A DNA stretch of 64,000 bases from Methanobacteriota archaeon (GCA_963787255.1 CAWBCJ010000029.1:864001-928000), one strand, 5' to 3'. Positions 1 through 11,503 are shown, numbered from the stretch's first letter. Made by a program: numbers and translations. The notes: a model not told the origin generated them from the letters alone.

Positions 1-248
1 TTTCAAAATATTTAAAATTTTATAAAAAGTTAATCAGTTGATTAAAGACTTAGCACCATTTTTAGGAATAAAACTGCTTTTTAATAGTTAGATATTATAA
101 ATAAAAGATTGATATGCACTTAAATATTTAAATAGGATTTGAATTAAATAAATTCTAAAAAATAGTCATAAATAATTGCTTAAATTTTAAAATACAGAAA
201 ATTAATTTCTAATTTATATTTTTAAAAATAAAATTAAAGGGAGAATAT

Positions 249-1172
<924 letters not shown>

Positions 1173-1185
1173 TTTTAATTCCTCC

Positions 1186-2103
1186 TTATTCTAATTCCCC
1201 GGTTTCCCAGTTGTATCCAATTAAACTGTCAAATCCAGTTTTTTTGAGTACTGTTCGTACTTCTTCTAGCGCTTCTGGGTATTCGTGGGTTGTTGGTGGT
1301 AATTCGTTTAATCCAACTCTCTTTCGGAGAGCCATTGTAGCATCGTTTATAGGCACACCGTGTCCGGTTTTTAATACGTATGTTCCGGTCATTTTGTGTG
1401 CTTGTGCCATTTTTCCTGCCTGGGATTGCATGTTTCTTATTGTTTTAACAACATCTACAATTGCAACGCCTCTTGGGCATCTTTCCTGGCATGCGTAGCA
1501 TGTAACACATTCCCATATTGTATCGTCTTCCATTACTTCGTTTTTAAGTCCCATAAGGGATTTTCTTATGATACTTCTTATTCTGTAAGGGGTCCTCTTT
1601 CCAGATGGACATGATCCGGTACATGTTCCGCACTGGTAGCATAAAGCTACTGTTTCTGCACCAGCGTCTATGATGCTTTGTTTAAATGTTGGATCTACAT
1701 CTTCAGCAACTACTAGATTTTCATCTTTATTGAGTAAACTCATATTTACACTTCCTTTGGTTTTGGGTTCTTCTTTTTTGGCTTCTTCCACGACTTCGGT
1801 TTCAGGTTCTGCTTCTTCTGGAGCTTTGATTTCTTCGGTTTTCTCTTCTACAGCAGCTTCAGCCTTAACTTCATCTATTGCAGGTTTTTCTTCCACTGGA
1901 GCTTCAGTTTCAACTTCAGCTTCTGTGGCTGGTTTTTCTACAACAGGTTCTTCTTTAGCTTCTTCAACTGCAGGTGCGGCATCGGGGTTTGTCTCTGCTT
2001 CAAGGTTTCCTGATACTTCAGGGGTTCCTGTTTCAGTGGGTTTATCTTTTTTTTCTGCCTCTTCCCCAGTTAAAAAGTCTTTCAAACGTTTTAGTACACT
2101 CAT
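1186..2103 (-). CDS. hdrC: Heterodisulfide reductase subunit C with ~120-aa acidic N-terminal extension
   Basis: CYQCGTCTGSCP and CVTCYACQERCP ferredoxin motifs; canonical HdrC body starts at MSLL (ATG at 1743). Confidence 0.95.
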   Translation of the reverse strand: MSVLKRLKDFLTGEEAEKKDKPTETGTPEVSGNLEAETNPDAAPAVEEAKEEPVVEKPATEAEVETEAPVEEKPAIDEVKAEAAVEEKTEEIKAPEEAEPETEVVEEAKKEEPKTKGSVNMSLLNKDENLVVAEDVDPTFKQSIIDAGAETVALCYQCGTCTGSCPSGKRTPYRIRSIIRKSLMGLKNEVMEDDTIWECVTCYACQERCPRGVAIVDVVKTIRNMQSQAGKMAQAHKMTGTYVLKTGHGVPINDATMALRKRVGLNELPPTTHEYPEALEEVRTVLKKTGFDSLIGYNWETGELE

Positions 2104-2308
2104 TCTTTTTCACACCATTAAAAAACTGGTTTATGTGAAAACTTATACATTTTCATACCTAGGTTGATGATCTCATTATATATACATTGCGGAATTTTTG
2201 TCTAGTGTAACCTTTTTGATGACACATAATTTAATGAATATATAAACAATTTCAAAACTAAAGATATTGCGAACAATTACGTATTTAAAACTTAAAAAGT
2301 AAAGGGAA

Positions 2309-2872
2309 ATGCACATGAACAATAAAAAGGAAAATCAAAGTAAATCTAAGATAAAAGATATAAATAAGTATTTACCCTCTTTAATCACGTCATTACGCCT
2401 CATATTTTTGCCTTTGTTTTTATATGTATTCCTTCTTGATTTAAAAACACTATCATTTATAATATTTCTGTCTTTATCATTAACTGATGTGCTGGATGGT
2501 TATCTGGCAAGAAAAATGAATTTATCATCTTCCATGGGAGCATACTTTGATACTGCAGCTGATTTTATCCTTATTTTAGCTACCTTTACATCTTTTGTTA
2601 TAAAAGGAATTTATCCTTCATGGATATTATTTTTAATAATTTTAATGTTTTTACAGTTCATTTTAACTTCAAAAATGAGGATGCCAATGTATGATCCTAT
2701 CGGTAAATATTTTGGAACCATTTTATTCGGAGCAGCTTTAATAACACTAATCACTGAAAATATGCTATTATATAATTCCATAGCTTCATTTATCCTTTTA
2801 TTCGCAGTTATATCTTTATTAAGCCGTTATATATTTTTATTTCTTCAATGGAGAAAATCAAAAAAATACTAA
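2309..2872 (+). CDS. CDP-alcohol phosphatidyltransferase family protein
   Basis: DVLDGYLARK...GAYFDTAAD signature; several hydrophobic helices. Confidence 0.9.
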   Translation: MHMNNKKENQSKSKIKDINKYLPSLITSLRLIFLPLFLYVFLLDLKTLSFIIFLSLSLTDVLDGYLARKMNLSSSMGAYFDTAADFILILATFTSFVIKGIYPSWILFLIILMFLQFILTSKMRMPMYDPIGKYFGTILFGAALITLITENMLLYNSIASFILLFAVISLLSRYIFLFLQWRKSKKY

Positions 2873-2975
2873 ATCCAAAAAAAAGTTTATTAAACAGTTT
2901 TCAAACAATAACTGCGTTAATCAAAATATTAAATAGACTTTTATTCCATAAAATTTATAGATACTATTAATAATT

Positions 2976-3716
2976 GTGATTTTTATGATAGAGATAACAC
3001 TACATGAAGGCCCTGCAAGGCTTGGAAAATACAATGGAGTAATAACACCAGAAATTTTACCCTCTTCACATAACCTAGAAATTGTAAAGGACGAACCCAT
3101 GCCTTATGACGTTCCAGAGGAACTTGCAAAATGGTCAGTAGATAGAACGATTGAATTTGCAAAAAATAGTAATGGTGAAGGCATTGCAGTCATTCACGGC
3201 GGAAAATATGTGAACTTAAGGGTTAAATGCGCTCAAAAACTGGATGATCTTGGATTTACAACATTATTAATAGCTAATTCTGAAGAACTTTTAAGAAATC
3301 CAAAAGATCTTGTAAATATAGTTTTAAATATAAGAAAAACAGTTAATCCTAATGCAGCACTTTATTTCCCATTTGCAGACCTAAATTTCATTCCTTTACT
3401 TTCTTACATGGGCATGGACCTCTTTGGAGGATTTACAGCCGAATATTATTCATATTTGAACATAATGTTAACTCCTCATGCTAAATACGACCTTGAAAAA
3501 TATCATATATTCGATTTAAACCCCTCTGAGCTAAAAGACTATAATAAAAACAGCATGGACTTTGTAGTTAGGGAAGTGAGGGAAAATATAAAAAATGGAA
3601 CCCTCCGAAACTTAGTTGAAGAGCGTTGCTGCACTTCTCCAGAGGCTATGACCGCACTCAGGCTACTTGATAAAAATTATACTAAATTTTTAGACAATTT
3701 CACGCCTTTATATTAG
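2976..3716 (+). CDS. Archaeosine tRNA-ribosyltransferase/ArcS N-terminal-like protein
   Basis: HEGPARLGK N-terminus and VRENIKNGTLRNLVEER C-terminus of TGT/ArcS-like proteins; start may be a few codons downstream. Confidence 0.75.
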   Translation: MIFMIEITLHEGPARLGKYNGVITPEILPSSHNLEIVKDEPMPYDVPEELAKWSVDRTIEFAKNSNGEGIAVIHGGKYVNLRVKCAQKLDDLGFTTLLIANSEELLRNPKDLVNIVLNIRKTVNPNAALYFPFADLNFIPLLSYMGMDLFGGFTAEYYSYLNIMLTPHAKYDLEKYHIFDLNPSELKDYNKNSMDFVVREVRENIKNGTLRNLVEERCCTSPEAMTALRLLDKNYTKFLDNFTPLY

Positions 3717-3768
3717 ATTTGTCTAAATTATTTATTCAAAATAATAATTTTTTAAAATTAAAATATAA

Positions 3769-4344
3769 TTATTTTTTAACTGCAATAACTGCGTAATGAT
3801 AATCTCCTACTTCTTCTACACTTTTAAAATTCAAATAATGACTTTCAACTATTTCTTTAATTAGTTTTGGAGCTATTCTAACATTCATTGGTGGGCCCGG
3901 TGTATTTTCAATTTTTTTAAATTCAATAACTGCAAAAGTGCCTTCTGGCTTCAGTATTCTTTTAACTTCGCTCATTACTTTCTCTGTGTCATTATTCTGC
4001 ACAAAACCATGTAAAACGTTGGCCATGTAGCATATATCTACTGTTTCGTTTTTTATGGGGATTTTTTTGCTTATATCGGCAATAATTGGAGTTATATTTT
4101 CTATATTTTTACTTTCTATCTCTTTTTTGAGAATATCCATGGATTCTTCATAAATGTCCACAGCATATACTTTCCCCTTTTCTCCAACTATTGATGAAGC
4201 GGCAAGAGACATGTATCCATCGCCAGAACCCGCATCTAAAAATACATCTCCTTCCTTAAGTCCGATCGTGCTTAATACCCGTGAGGTATCCAGTATTTCC
4301 CTGCTGGAGCGCCCATGGTGGAAGTGTTTTCCTGATTTTTCCAT
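3769..4344 (-). CDS. Class I SAM-dependent methyltransferase
   Basis: LDAGSGDG motif I, VYAVD, RILKPEG; GGTGA RBS before ATG 4344. Confidence 0.9.
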   Translation of the reverse strand: MEKSGKHFHHGRSSREILDTSRVLSTIGLKEGDVFLDAGSGDGYMSLAASSIVGEKGKVYAVDIYEESMDILKKEIESKNIENITPIIADISKKIPIKNETVDICYMANVLHGFVQNNDTEKVMSEVKRILKPEGTFAVIEFKKIENTPGPPMNVRIAPKLIKEIVESHYLNFKSVEEVGDYHYAVIAVKK

Positions 4345-4485
4345 TTTATCACCTTTTAATAAAAATAATTTATGAGGACACATGATCCTTTAAAAATAGT
4401 ATTTGAACTTATTGGATATTAAATATTCCGTATTTTAAATTAAATAGATATTGTGATTTAATTGGGAAAAAAGAAAAAAAAAGAT

Positions 4486-4797
4486 TTATTTTTCCTGCCA
4501 TCTTACATTAATTCTTTCCTGTCCCTTGGAAATTACTTCTTCTGCTTTTCTTACAGTTTCCATACTAAAATTTGGGTTATTTGTTGCTCCAGGTAAGTGA
4601 TTTCTTGCCCCTGCTGCATTTTTAAGTAGTTTACCTCCGGCATCGGGAGGATTAACTGTTACATTACTTTCAAATTCTTTGATGTCTCCACTTGCTTTTT
4701 CCATTCTTTCCTCTTTATCTGTTACCCATACTTCTGAAGTTTTACCTTCTTCTCCATAATCTTTCTTTTCAGTACGTCTTTCTTCCATATTTATCAC
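4486..4797 (-). CDS. Hypothetical hydrophilic protein
   Basis: 103-aa ORF with GAGGTGA RBS near the start; no recognised motif. Confidence 0.6.
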   Translation of the reverse strand: MINMEERRTEKKDYGEEGKTSEVWVTDKEERMEKASGDIKEFESNVTVNPPDAGGKLLKNAAGARNHLPGATNNPNFSMETVRKAEEVISKGQERINVRWQEK

Positions 4798-5188
4798 CTC
4801 ATTTAATAATTAAAAAAATTTCAATCATGATATTATAAGTATATGTGGCGATTTGATTGTTATTAATACGTATATTGTAATTTTAAAGGATTAAATTGAA
4901 GTTATAACTTGAAAGTATGAATGTTAACTTCTAATTTTGATGTTTAAATTATAAATAATTTACTACAATTTTTCTTATTAGTATTATTTTTAGAAAAATA
5001 AAAAATTTATTCACTAAACCCATAAAAAAAATAAATTAGAAGTTTATTTAAAAATAAATTGTATTTGAAATCATTTTTACAATTTTCATATTGATAGATT
5101 TAAAAAATCTAGAAAGATATTGCAATACTCAAGTACTTGAATAATAATAAACAAAAAAAAGTAATATCAAGCTCAAAGGTGAAAAAAA

Positions 5189-5419
5189 ATGATAGAAAAG
5201 CTGGAAGTTAGTCTGATAAACGAAAATGTGCATAATTTTAAAAGAGGCGAGTTTGGGGTGCAAAAAATTGAGATTAACGAAGATAAAGGTTTAATTGAAA
5301 TAACGTATGAGCGTAAGGAGGATGGGATAAAAATGGTAATAATTCCTATGCAGAATATCGAAAAAGTTGATTATACAGAAAAAATGGTGAAAAAAGAACC
5401 ACCTGAAGAGAAAAAATAA
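5189..5419 (+). CDS. Hypothetical small protein
   Basis: 76-aa ORF preceded by AGGTGA RBS. Confidence 0.65.
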   Translation: MIEKLEVSLINENVHNFKRGEFGVQKIEINEDKGLIEITYERKEDGIKMVIIPMQNIEKVDYTEKMVKKEPPEEKK

Positions 5420-5439
5420 GTATATAATTAAATTTAAAA

Positions 5440-6375
5440 TTAAAGGTAATTTGTAATAATTAATTCGTTAATTCCACCCCTTTTTGAAATATCACTGTTA
5501 ATATGTCTTTTAGCAACAATTCTACCGATATTATAATTTTTATAGAGATCATCGAAAAAATTATCATTTTTATCCATATTTTTAGGGTCAGAATTACTCA
5601 ACATTAAATAGGCACCCTTTTCATTCATTTTATAAAAAAATTTGGCTAGTCTCACCTGATCTTCGTCCAAGAATCCATTTTTAGCATAGGTGGTAAAGTT
5701 TGAAGTTCTACTAAGTGGTCTGTAGGGAGGATCAAGGTACACAAGACTTTCTTTTTCTATACAATTGCACGAATCAGTGAAGTCAGCAAAGTAAATCTCT
5801 GTATTTTGCAGTGCTTTATTTACAGCAATAATGTTGCATTCATCAAGTATCTTAGGATTTTTATAACGTCCAAAGGGAACATTAAACTCTCCTTTTAAGT
5901 TTTGACGGAAAAGGCCGTTAAAACATGTTTTATTTAAGAATATTAAATAGCTCGTTCTTTCATTCCAGTTTTCATTATAGCTATTATAATCAAAATCATC
6001 CATTTGCTTGTTATATTCTCCTCTAATTTGATAATAGTGCTCTTTTCGATTATCCTCAGATTTTTGGATATGCTTATCTTCTATTTCTCTTAATTTATCA
6101 ATTAGTGCATTAGGATCAATTTGAATAGTTCTATAAGCAATTATAAGCTCTTTATTAATATCGAAAAGATAAGAATCTTTAATTTCGTATTTTCTTTTTA
6201 AATAGAAAAATAGGGCCCCTCCACCAACAAAAGGCTCAATGTATTTTTTAATTATTCCAGTTTCTAGGATAGATGATGGTAATCTTTTTTCAAACTCGTT
6301 TAAAAGTTGAGTTTTCCCACCAGCCCATTTAAGGAATGGTCTGGCATTTATGGATTTAATAGCATTTTTTTTCAT
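5440..6375 (-). CDS. Dam-family (D12 class) DNA adenine N6-methyltransferase
   Basis: PFLKWAGGK, EPFVGGGA, CFNGLFRQN..GEFNVPFG, YLDPPY, LSNS motifs. Confidence 0.93.
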   Translation of the reverse strand: MKKNAIKSINARPFLKWAGGKTQLLNEFEKRLPSSILETGIIKKYIEPFVGGGALFFYLKRKYEIKDSYLFDINKELIIAYRTIQIDPNALIDKLREIEDKHIQKSEDNRKEHYYQIRGEYNKQMDDFDYNSYNENWNERTSYLIFLNKTCFNGLFRQNLKGEFNVPFGRYKNPKILDECNIIAVNKALQNTEIYFADFTDSCNCIEKESLVYLDPPYRPLSRTSNFTTYAKNGFLDEDQVRLAKFFYKMNEKGAYLMLSNSDPKNMDKNDNFFDDLYKNYNIGRIVAKRHINSDISKRGGINELIITNYL

Positions 6376-6388
6376 ATTCCTCTAATTT

Positions 6389-7174
6389 TTATCCTTCTAG
6401 AAACTCTTTTGGCGCGCCGCAGATCCTGACAAGATATTCTGCTTCCATAAAATGCAGTTTGCTTGGAATAATTAAACAGTGAAGTGGCCCCCCGAAATCT
6501 TCACCAATAAGTGTTTTAATTCTATCTGCACGTACTAATGGTTTATCTGAGCCTGCTCGAGCAACTGCAACTGCAAGAGAATCTCCAGACAAAATATTTT
6601 CATTTCTTTCTTCTTCCACTTTTATAAGATAATCTAATCCTTCATTAGCAGTCATGTAACGGTTTTCATGGGCTCTTATATCTAAAAGAACCAGTGAATG
6701 CGCATCTAATTCCATATTTGCTTTTATTGCAAGGTAGGGAGAATGTGGAAAGTAATTTTTCTCGGGAAATGGAATGGTAGTAACTTTCCCAAACTTATAA
6801 GCCTGAAGGCCTGCAAGTCCGGGAGCAGCAGATAAAATTGAGGATGAATGGATTACTGTGGTTTCAATATTCATTTTCTTGGCTTCAATCATCATATCTG
6901 TATGCGTAGTCGCGATTAAGGGGTCTCCAGCTGCTAAAAAGGCAACATCTTTTTCCATGGCCGCATTTAACGGTATATTGTATTCTTCAACCTCTTCTCT
7001 GGTTAAAACTCTTATTTCTTTACTTATTATATCTTCAACAGCAGATAAAGTTGTTCCAAATAGATTAGCTGTGTAAAACTCGGCATAAATGTCATCAACT
7101 TTTTTAAGTACTTCAATTCCCTTTAGGGATATGTCTTTTTCGTCATAAAGACCTAAGCCGATAAAATAAAGCAT
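6389..7174 (-). CDS. dph5: Diphthine synthase
   Basis: MLYFIGLGL start, GDPLIATTH, YKFGKVTTIPF, GGPLHCLIIP. Confidence 0.95.
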   Translation of the reverse strand: MLYFIGLGLYDEKDISLKGIEVLKKVDDIYAEFYTANLFGTTLSAVEDIISKEIRVLTREEVEEYNIPLNAAMEKDVAFLAAGDPLIATTHTDMMIEAKKMNIETTVIHSSSILSAAPGLAGLQAYKFGKVTTIPFPEKNYFPHSPYLAIKANMELDAHSLVLLDIRAHENRYMTANEGLDYLIKVEEERNENILSGDSLAVAVARAGSDKPLVRADRIKTLIGEDFGGPLHCLIIPSKLHFMEAEYLVRICGAPKEFLEG

Positions 7175-7268
7175 AATTATCACCGTGTAATTTTTAAATA
7201 TCAATTATCAACAACTATTATATTTTAATCTAGATAATATTTAGTTATATCTTAAAGAACTTTATTTA

Positions 7269-8303
7269 ATGAGGATACTCATGATTGGCCTAAAAATCGA
7301 GAAAAAAAGAGCAAATGATGCACGTAAACTATTATTAAATCATTCAATTATTAATCTTGAAGCTAAAATAAAGCGTGAAAATGATTTTGTTATTATTCCA
7401 CTTATAATGGAGCCAGAAAAGGATTTATTAATAGAAATTGGGCAAGATAAAGCTGAAATTATTGATACTACCTTTGAAATACAAAAAAGAGGCCCCAAAA
7501 GTCTCAAGGATTATCTTAAAGGTAAAATTGAAGATGCAAAAATTGAAGAAATTAGAGGTTCGTTTGATATAATTGGAGATATTGTTATACTTGAAATCCC
7601 TGAGGATTTAGAAGGCTATAAAAACTTAATTGGGGAAGCTGCACTTAAATTCACCAAAAGAAAAGCTGTTTTTAGAAAAAAAAGTGAAATTAAAGGAATC
7701 ATTAGAACAAGAGAACTTGAACACATAGCAGGAGAAGAGATATCTGAAACAATTCATAAAGAATTTGGATGTAAACTGATGCTTGATGTTAAAAAAGTAT
7801 ATTTCAGCCCGAGATTGGCTACAGAGCGAAAAAGGGTAGCTGATAACGTAAAAGATAACGAGATAATAGTTGACATGTTTGCAGGAGTTGGGCCGTTCCC
7901 AATTCTCATAGCCAAAGATCATGATGTGCAGATTTATGCAATTGACATCAATCCAGAGGCTTACAAGTACATGCAGAAAAATATTGATCTTAATAAAGTT
8001 CAAGATAAAGTGATTCCAATTTTAGGGGATGTAAGGGAAGTTTTAGAAGATAAAAACTTAAAAGTGGATCGTATTGTAATGAATCTTCCGGGAACTGCAT
8101 TTGAATTTCTGGATTCTGCAATGAATTCCATTAAAGATGGGGGAATTATTCATTATTATGAGTTTTCTGAAGGTTTTGAAAAACCAGTTGAAAGGCTTAA
8201 AAAAGCAGCTTATCCGAGGAAAGTTGAAATTTTAAATAAAAGAAAAGTTCGGTCAAGAAGCCCTGGTAAATGGCATATTGGGATTGATGTAAGGGTTTTT
8301 TAA
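7269..8303 (+). CDS. trm5: tRNA (guanine37-N1)-methyltransferase, Trm5/Met-10 family
   Basis: FDIIGDI, VYFSPRLATER, DMFAGVGPF, RIVMNLP motifs. Confidence 0.9.
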   Translation: MRILMIGLKIEKKRANDARKLLLNHSIINLEAKIKRENDFVIIPLIMEPEKDLLIEIGQDKAEIIDTTFEIQKRGPKSLKDYLKGKIEDAKIEEIRGSFDIIGDIVILEIPEDLEGYKNLIGEAALKFTKRKAVFRKKSEIKGIIRTRELEHIAGEEISETIHKEFGCKLMLDVKKVYFSPRLATERKRVADNVKDNEIIVDMFAGVGPFPILIAKDHDVQIYAIDINPEAYKYMQKNIDLNKVQDKVIPILGDVREVLEDKNLKVDRIVMNLPGTAFEFLDSAMNSIKDGGIIHYYEFSEGFEKPVERLKKAAYPRKVEILNKRKVRSRSPGKWHIGIDVRVF

Positions 8304-8391
8304 GTTAATAAAATGGGAAATAGTGTGATGTTAAGTAAACATCATCTAAACTTAAGATAAATTTATTAATTTTATAATACTTATTATTACT

Positions 8392-8505
8392 ATGCAGATT
8401 AAAATAAATAGTATATTGATAGACGACAAGGACAAAGCCCTTAAACATACGGAGATTTTGAGCTTTATTAAAAAAGAATGCATAAATAAGGTGAACCCAA
8501 AATGA
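8392..8505 (+). pseudogene. Truncated VOC/glyoxalase N-terminal remnant
   Basis: My translation MQIKINSILIDDKDKALKHTEILSFIKK resembles the VOC N-terminus (VDDQDKALxFYTEILGF); stops after 37 codons. Confidence 0.55.
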
Positions 8506-8999
8506 CAAATCAAAGTAATAATGGGAATGAATTAATCATCACACGCATTTTCAATGCGCCGCCTAAGCTCGTGTGGAAGGCATGGACAAATCCTGACATG
8601 CTCATGCAGTGGTGGGGGCCAAAAGACTTTACATCACCCATCTCGAAGATAGATCTCCGAGTTGGAGGTGAATATTTCAACTGTATGCGTTCACCCGATG
8701 GCCAAGATTTTTGCAGCAAAGGCATTTATCGCGAAGTCGTAGAACTTGAAAGACTAGTCATGACCGATTCCTTCGCGGATAAGGAAGGCAACATGGTTCC
8801 AGCTTCATACTACGGGCTAGGTCCCGACTTCCCAATGGAAATGAAGATCACAGTAACATTCAAAGAAGAAGAAGGTAAGACAAAGCTCACCTTGAAACAT
8901 TCCGACGTCAAAAGCCTCAATGACACGGACCTTAATGATATGCGACAGGGTTGGAACGAATCCTTCGACAAACTCGCCGATGTCATGGCTAAGATTTGA
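8502..8999 (+). CDS. SRPBCC/AHSA1 domain protein
   Basis: ITRIFNAPPKLVWKAWTNP..WWGP, DLRVGG, GWNESFDKL. Confidence 0.9.
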   Translation: MTNQSNNGNELIITRIFNAPPKLVWKAWTNPDMLMQWWGPKDFTSPISKIDLRVGGEYFNCMRSPDGQDFCSKGIYREVVELERLVMTDSFADKEGNMVPASYYGLGPDFPMEMKITVTFKEEEGKTKLTLKHSDVKSLNDTDLNDMRQGWNESFDKLADVMAKI

Positions 9000-9054
9000 A
9001 ACTGAAGAGAATTAAACAATAAAAATTAATTTTATATTAATGAGGTGATTAATA

Positions 9055-9546
9055 ATGGCAAAAAATACTACAAAAATTACTGCAGAACCCGGAAAACAGG
9101 AAATTTTTATTATAAGGGAGTTTGATGCACCTCGAGAGCTTGTTTTTAAAGTATTCACGGATCCTGAGCTTTATGCACAATGGATTGGGCCAAGAGGACT
9201 CAAAACCACGATTGAGATATTTGAGCCGAAAAATGGGGGATCCTGGCGATACATTCAAAAAGATCAGGAAGGTAATGAGTTTGCATTTCATGGAGTGAAT
9301 CATGAAGTTCTAGCTCCTGAAAGAATTATCGACACATTTGAGTTTGAAGGACTTCCGGAAACTGGGCATGTTATTCTCGAAACGGCGAAATTTGAAGCAT
9401 TGCCAGGGAATAGAACAAAATTAACATCCCAATCTGTATTCCAGTCGGTTGAGGATCGTGATGGAATGATGCAGTCAGGCATGGAAGAAGGGGTAAATGA
9501 ATCCTACGAACGTCTTGATGAGCTGTTGGAAAAGATGCAAAAATAG
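9055..9546 (+). CDS. SRPBCC/AHSA1 domain protein
   Basis: [36 protein letters not shown]. Confidence 0.9.
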   Translation: MAKNTTKITAEPGKQEIFIIREFDAPRELVFKVFTDPELYAQWIGPRGLKTTIEIFEPKNGGSWRYIQKDQEGNEFAFHGVNHEVLAPERIIDTFEFEGLPETGHVILETAKFEALPGNRTKLTSQSVFQSVEDRDGMMQSGMEEGVNESYERLDELLEKMQK

Positions 9547-9582
9547 AGTTTAGATGTTTAAAAATAAAAGGAGAAATTATAC

Positions 9583-10056
9583 ATGCAAAAAATCATTCCA
9601 TTCTTGTGGTTTGATAACCAAGCCGAAGAGGCAGCGAATTTTTATACCTCGATTTTTAAAAATTCAAAGATAGTGAGTATTAATCATTATGGAGAAGCAG
9701 GACCTCAACCGAAGGGAACGGTAATGTCTGTAACATTCGAGCTCGAAGGACAAGAATTTTATGCACTAAATGGTGGTCCAGTATTCACTTTCTCACCGGC
9801 CATATCATTCTTCGTCAATTGCGAAACGCAGGAAGAAGTAGATGAGTTGTGGGAGAAACTATCCGCGGGTGGAGAAAAACAGGGGCCTGGTTGGATTAAA
9901 GACAAATATGGCTTGTCATGGCAAGTTGTCCCTACAGTTTTGGGGGAAATGTTAAATGATCCTGATCCAGAAAAATCGCAAAGAGTAATGCAGGCAATGA
10001 TGCAAATGAATAAAATTGACATAGAAAAATTAAAGCAGGCATATGAGGGCCAATAA
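9583..10056 (+). CDS. VOC family protein (PhnB/3-demethylubiquinone-9 3-methyltransferase-like)
   Basis: [42 protein letters not shown]. Confidence 0.92.
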   Translation: MQKIIPFLWFDNQAEEAANFYTSIFKNSKIVSINHYGEAGPQPKGTVMSVTFELEGQEFYALNGGPVFTFSPAISFFVNCETQEEVDELWEKLSAGGEKQGPGWIKDKYGLSWQVVPTVLGEMLNDPDPEKSQRVMQAMMQMNKIDIEKLKQAYEGQ

Positions 10057-10089
10057 TCCATATTGGGAAGAATTTTGCCACAGAATCAT

Positions 10090-10464
10090 ATGAAAACTAA
10101 GAACATTGAAATTGTTTTGCAATTCAACGACTACATTAACAATCAAGATGTTAACGGTTTAGGGTCGCTAATTACAGATGATCATACTTTCATTGACACG
10201 TCCAACAATTCATTTAGCGGTAAAGAGAAGGTTCTTGATGCATGGAAAGGATTTTTTCAGCAATTTCCCGATTATCGAAACACATTCGAACATATTAAAT
10301 CGAGAGAGGATTTAGTTTTGATAACTGGATATTCAACCTCTTCAGAAAAGCAACTGGAAGGACCAGCCATTTGGACGGTAAAAGTCACCGCAGACAGAGT
10401 GGCGGAGTGGCGCGTCTATGACGACACTCCAGAAAATAGAAAATTGCTCAACATATTTTTTTAG
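10090..10464 (+). CDS. SnoaL/NTF2-like protein
   Basis: FNDYINNQD...DDHTFID...WRVYDDT pattern; ATG at 10090 (TTG at 10063 is an alternative). Confidence 0.75.
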   Translation: MKTKNIEIVLQFNDYINNQDVNGLGSLITDDHTFIDTSNNSFSGKEKVLDAWKGFFQQFPDYRNTFEHIKSREDLVLITGYSTSSEKQLEGPAIWTVKVTADRVAEWRVYDDTPENRKLLNIFF

Positions 10465-10488
10465 ATAAACAAAAGGAGGAAAAAATGT

Positions 10489-10944
10489 ATGAACGAAATG
10501 CATTTTTCAATTATTATAAATGCGCCGAAAGAAAAAGTTTGGAACACCATGCTCAACGCGGATACCTATCGGCAATGGACAGAGGTATTTGCACCCGGTT
10601 CACACTATGTTGGTGACTGGAATGAAGGAAGTAAAATACTTTTCCTTGCACCGGATGAGATGTCTGGAATGGCAAGCCGAGTAAAAGAAAACCGACCATA
10701 TGAATATGTTTCTATTGAAAACATTGGTATTGTGCAAGACGGGAAAGAAGACACTTCGAGCAAAGAGGCTAAGGATTATGCTGGATCGCTTGAAAATTAC
10801 ACATTTAAAGAAATGGATGGTAAAACTGAAGTGCGGGTGGATTTGTTTTCAGATACGGATGTAGAAGATGAGTACAAGGAGATGTTTCAGGACACATGGC
10901 TTAAAGCACTGAAAAAGCTTAAAGAACTAGCGGAAAAATCATGA
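10489..10944 (+). CDS. SRPBCC domain protein
   Basis: IIINAPKEKVWNTM..YRQWT..F, WLKALKKLKELAE; GGAGG RBS. Confidence 0.88.
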   Translation: MNEMHFSIIINAPKEKVWNTMLNADTYRQWTEVFAPGSHYVGDWNEGSKILFLAPDEMSGMASRVKENRPYEYVSIENIGIVQDGKEDTSSKEAKDYAGSLENYTFKEMDGKTEVRVDLFSDTDVEDEYKEMFQDTWLKALKKLKELAEKS

Positions 10945-11102
10945 CTAAAAATATAGAACAATTACCAGAACCAGGCCCTGCGCTCAAAGCTCTGGAAGTA
11001 TTTGTCGGCAAATGGAATACAGAAGGAAAATCTAAAATGAGCCCGCACAGCCCAGCCGTCAAGATAAGTGCAGTTGATACATACGAATGGCTGGTACTCT
11101 GA
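10941..11102 (+). pseudogene. Truncated DUF1579-like protein (N-terminal 53 aa)
   Basis: ATGA overlap with the upstream stop; ALKALEVFVGKWNTEG...ISAVDTYEWL, then premature TGA. Confidence 0.6.
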
Positions 11103-11503
11103 AGTCCTGGAAGGCATGGCGCAGATGAATCCAGAGACCGCAAAAGCCATGAAGCAGACTCCACTATATCAGTTTTATCCCGATGTTGATTGGGCGGTAC
11201 TCTTCACCAAGCTCGGTGATCTACTTAAACAGGATCATAATTGGTCGAAAGATGTTGCTGCAATCAATTCACCTGTTATGATTGCTTTCGCGGATGCGGA
11301 TGCCATTCGTATGGAGCATATCAAAGAGTTTTTTCGTGCTACTTGGCGGTGGTCTTAGGGATGCAGGCTTGGACGGTTCAGGGAGGCCAACATCGCAGCT
11401 TGCTATTGTGCCCGGTGCGACACACTATAATATTCTCTCTTTTACTGTGCTGTCTGATTTTGTTGAGGATTTCCTTGATGTACCCATGTCAGAAACCAAA
11501 TGA
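11089..11503 (+). pseudogene. C-terminal fragment of an alpha/beta hydrolase, frameshifted
   Basis: GWYSEVLEGM...IAFADADAIRMEH continues after a shift in the T6 run (~11329-11334) as LLGGGLRDAGLDGSGRPTSQLAIVPGATHY; no N-terminal half or nucleophile motif. Confidence 0.7.
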
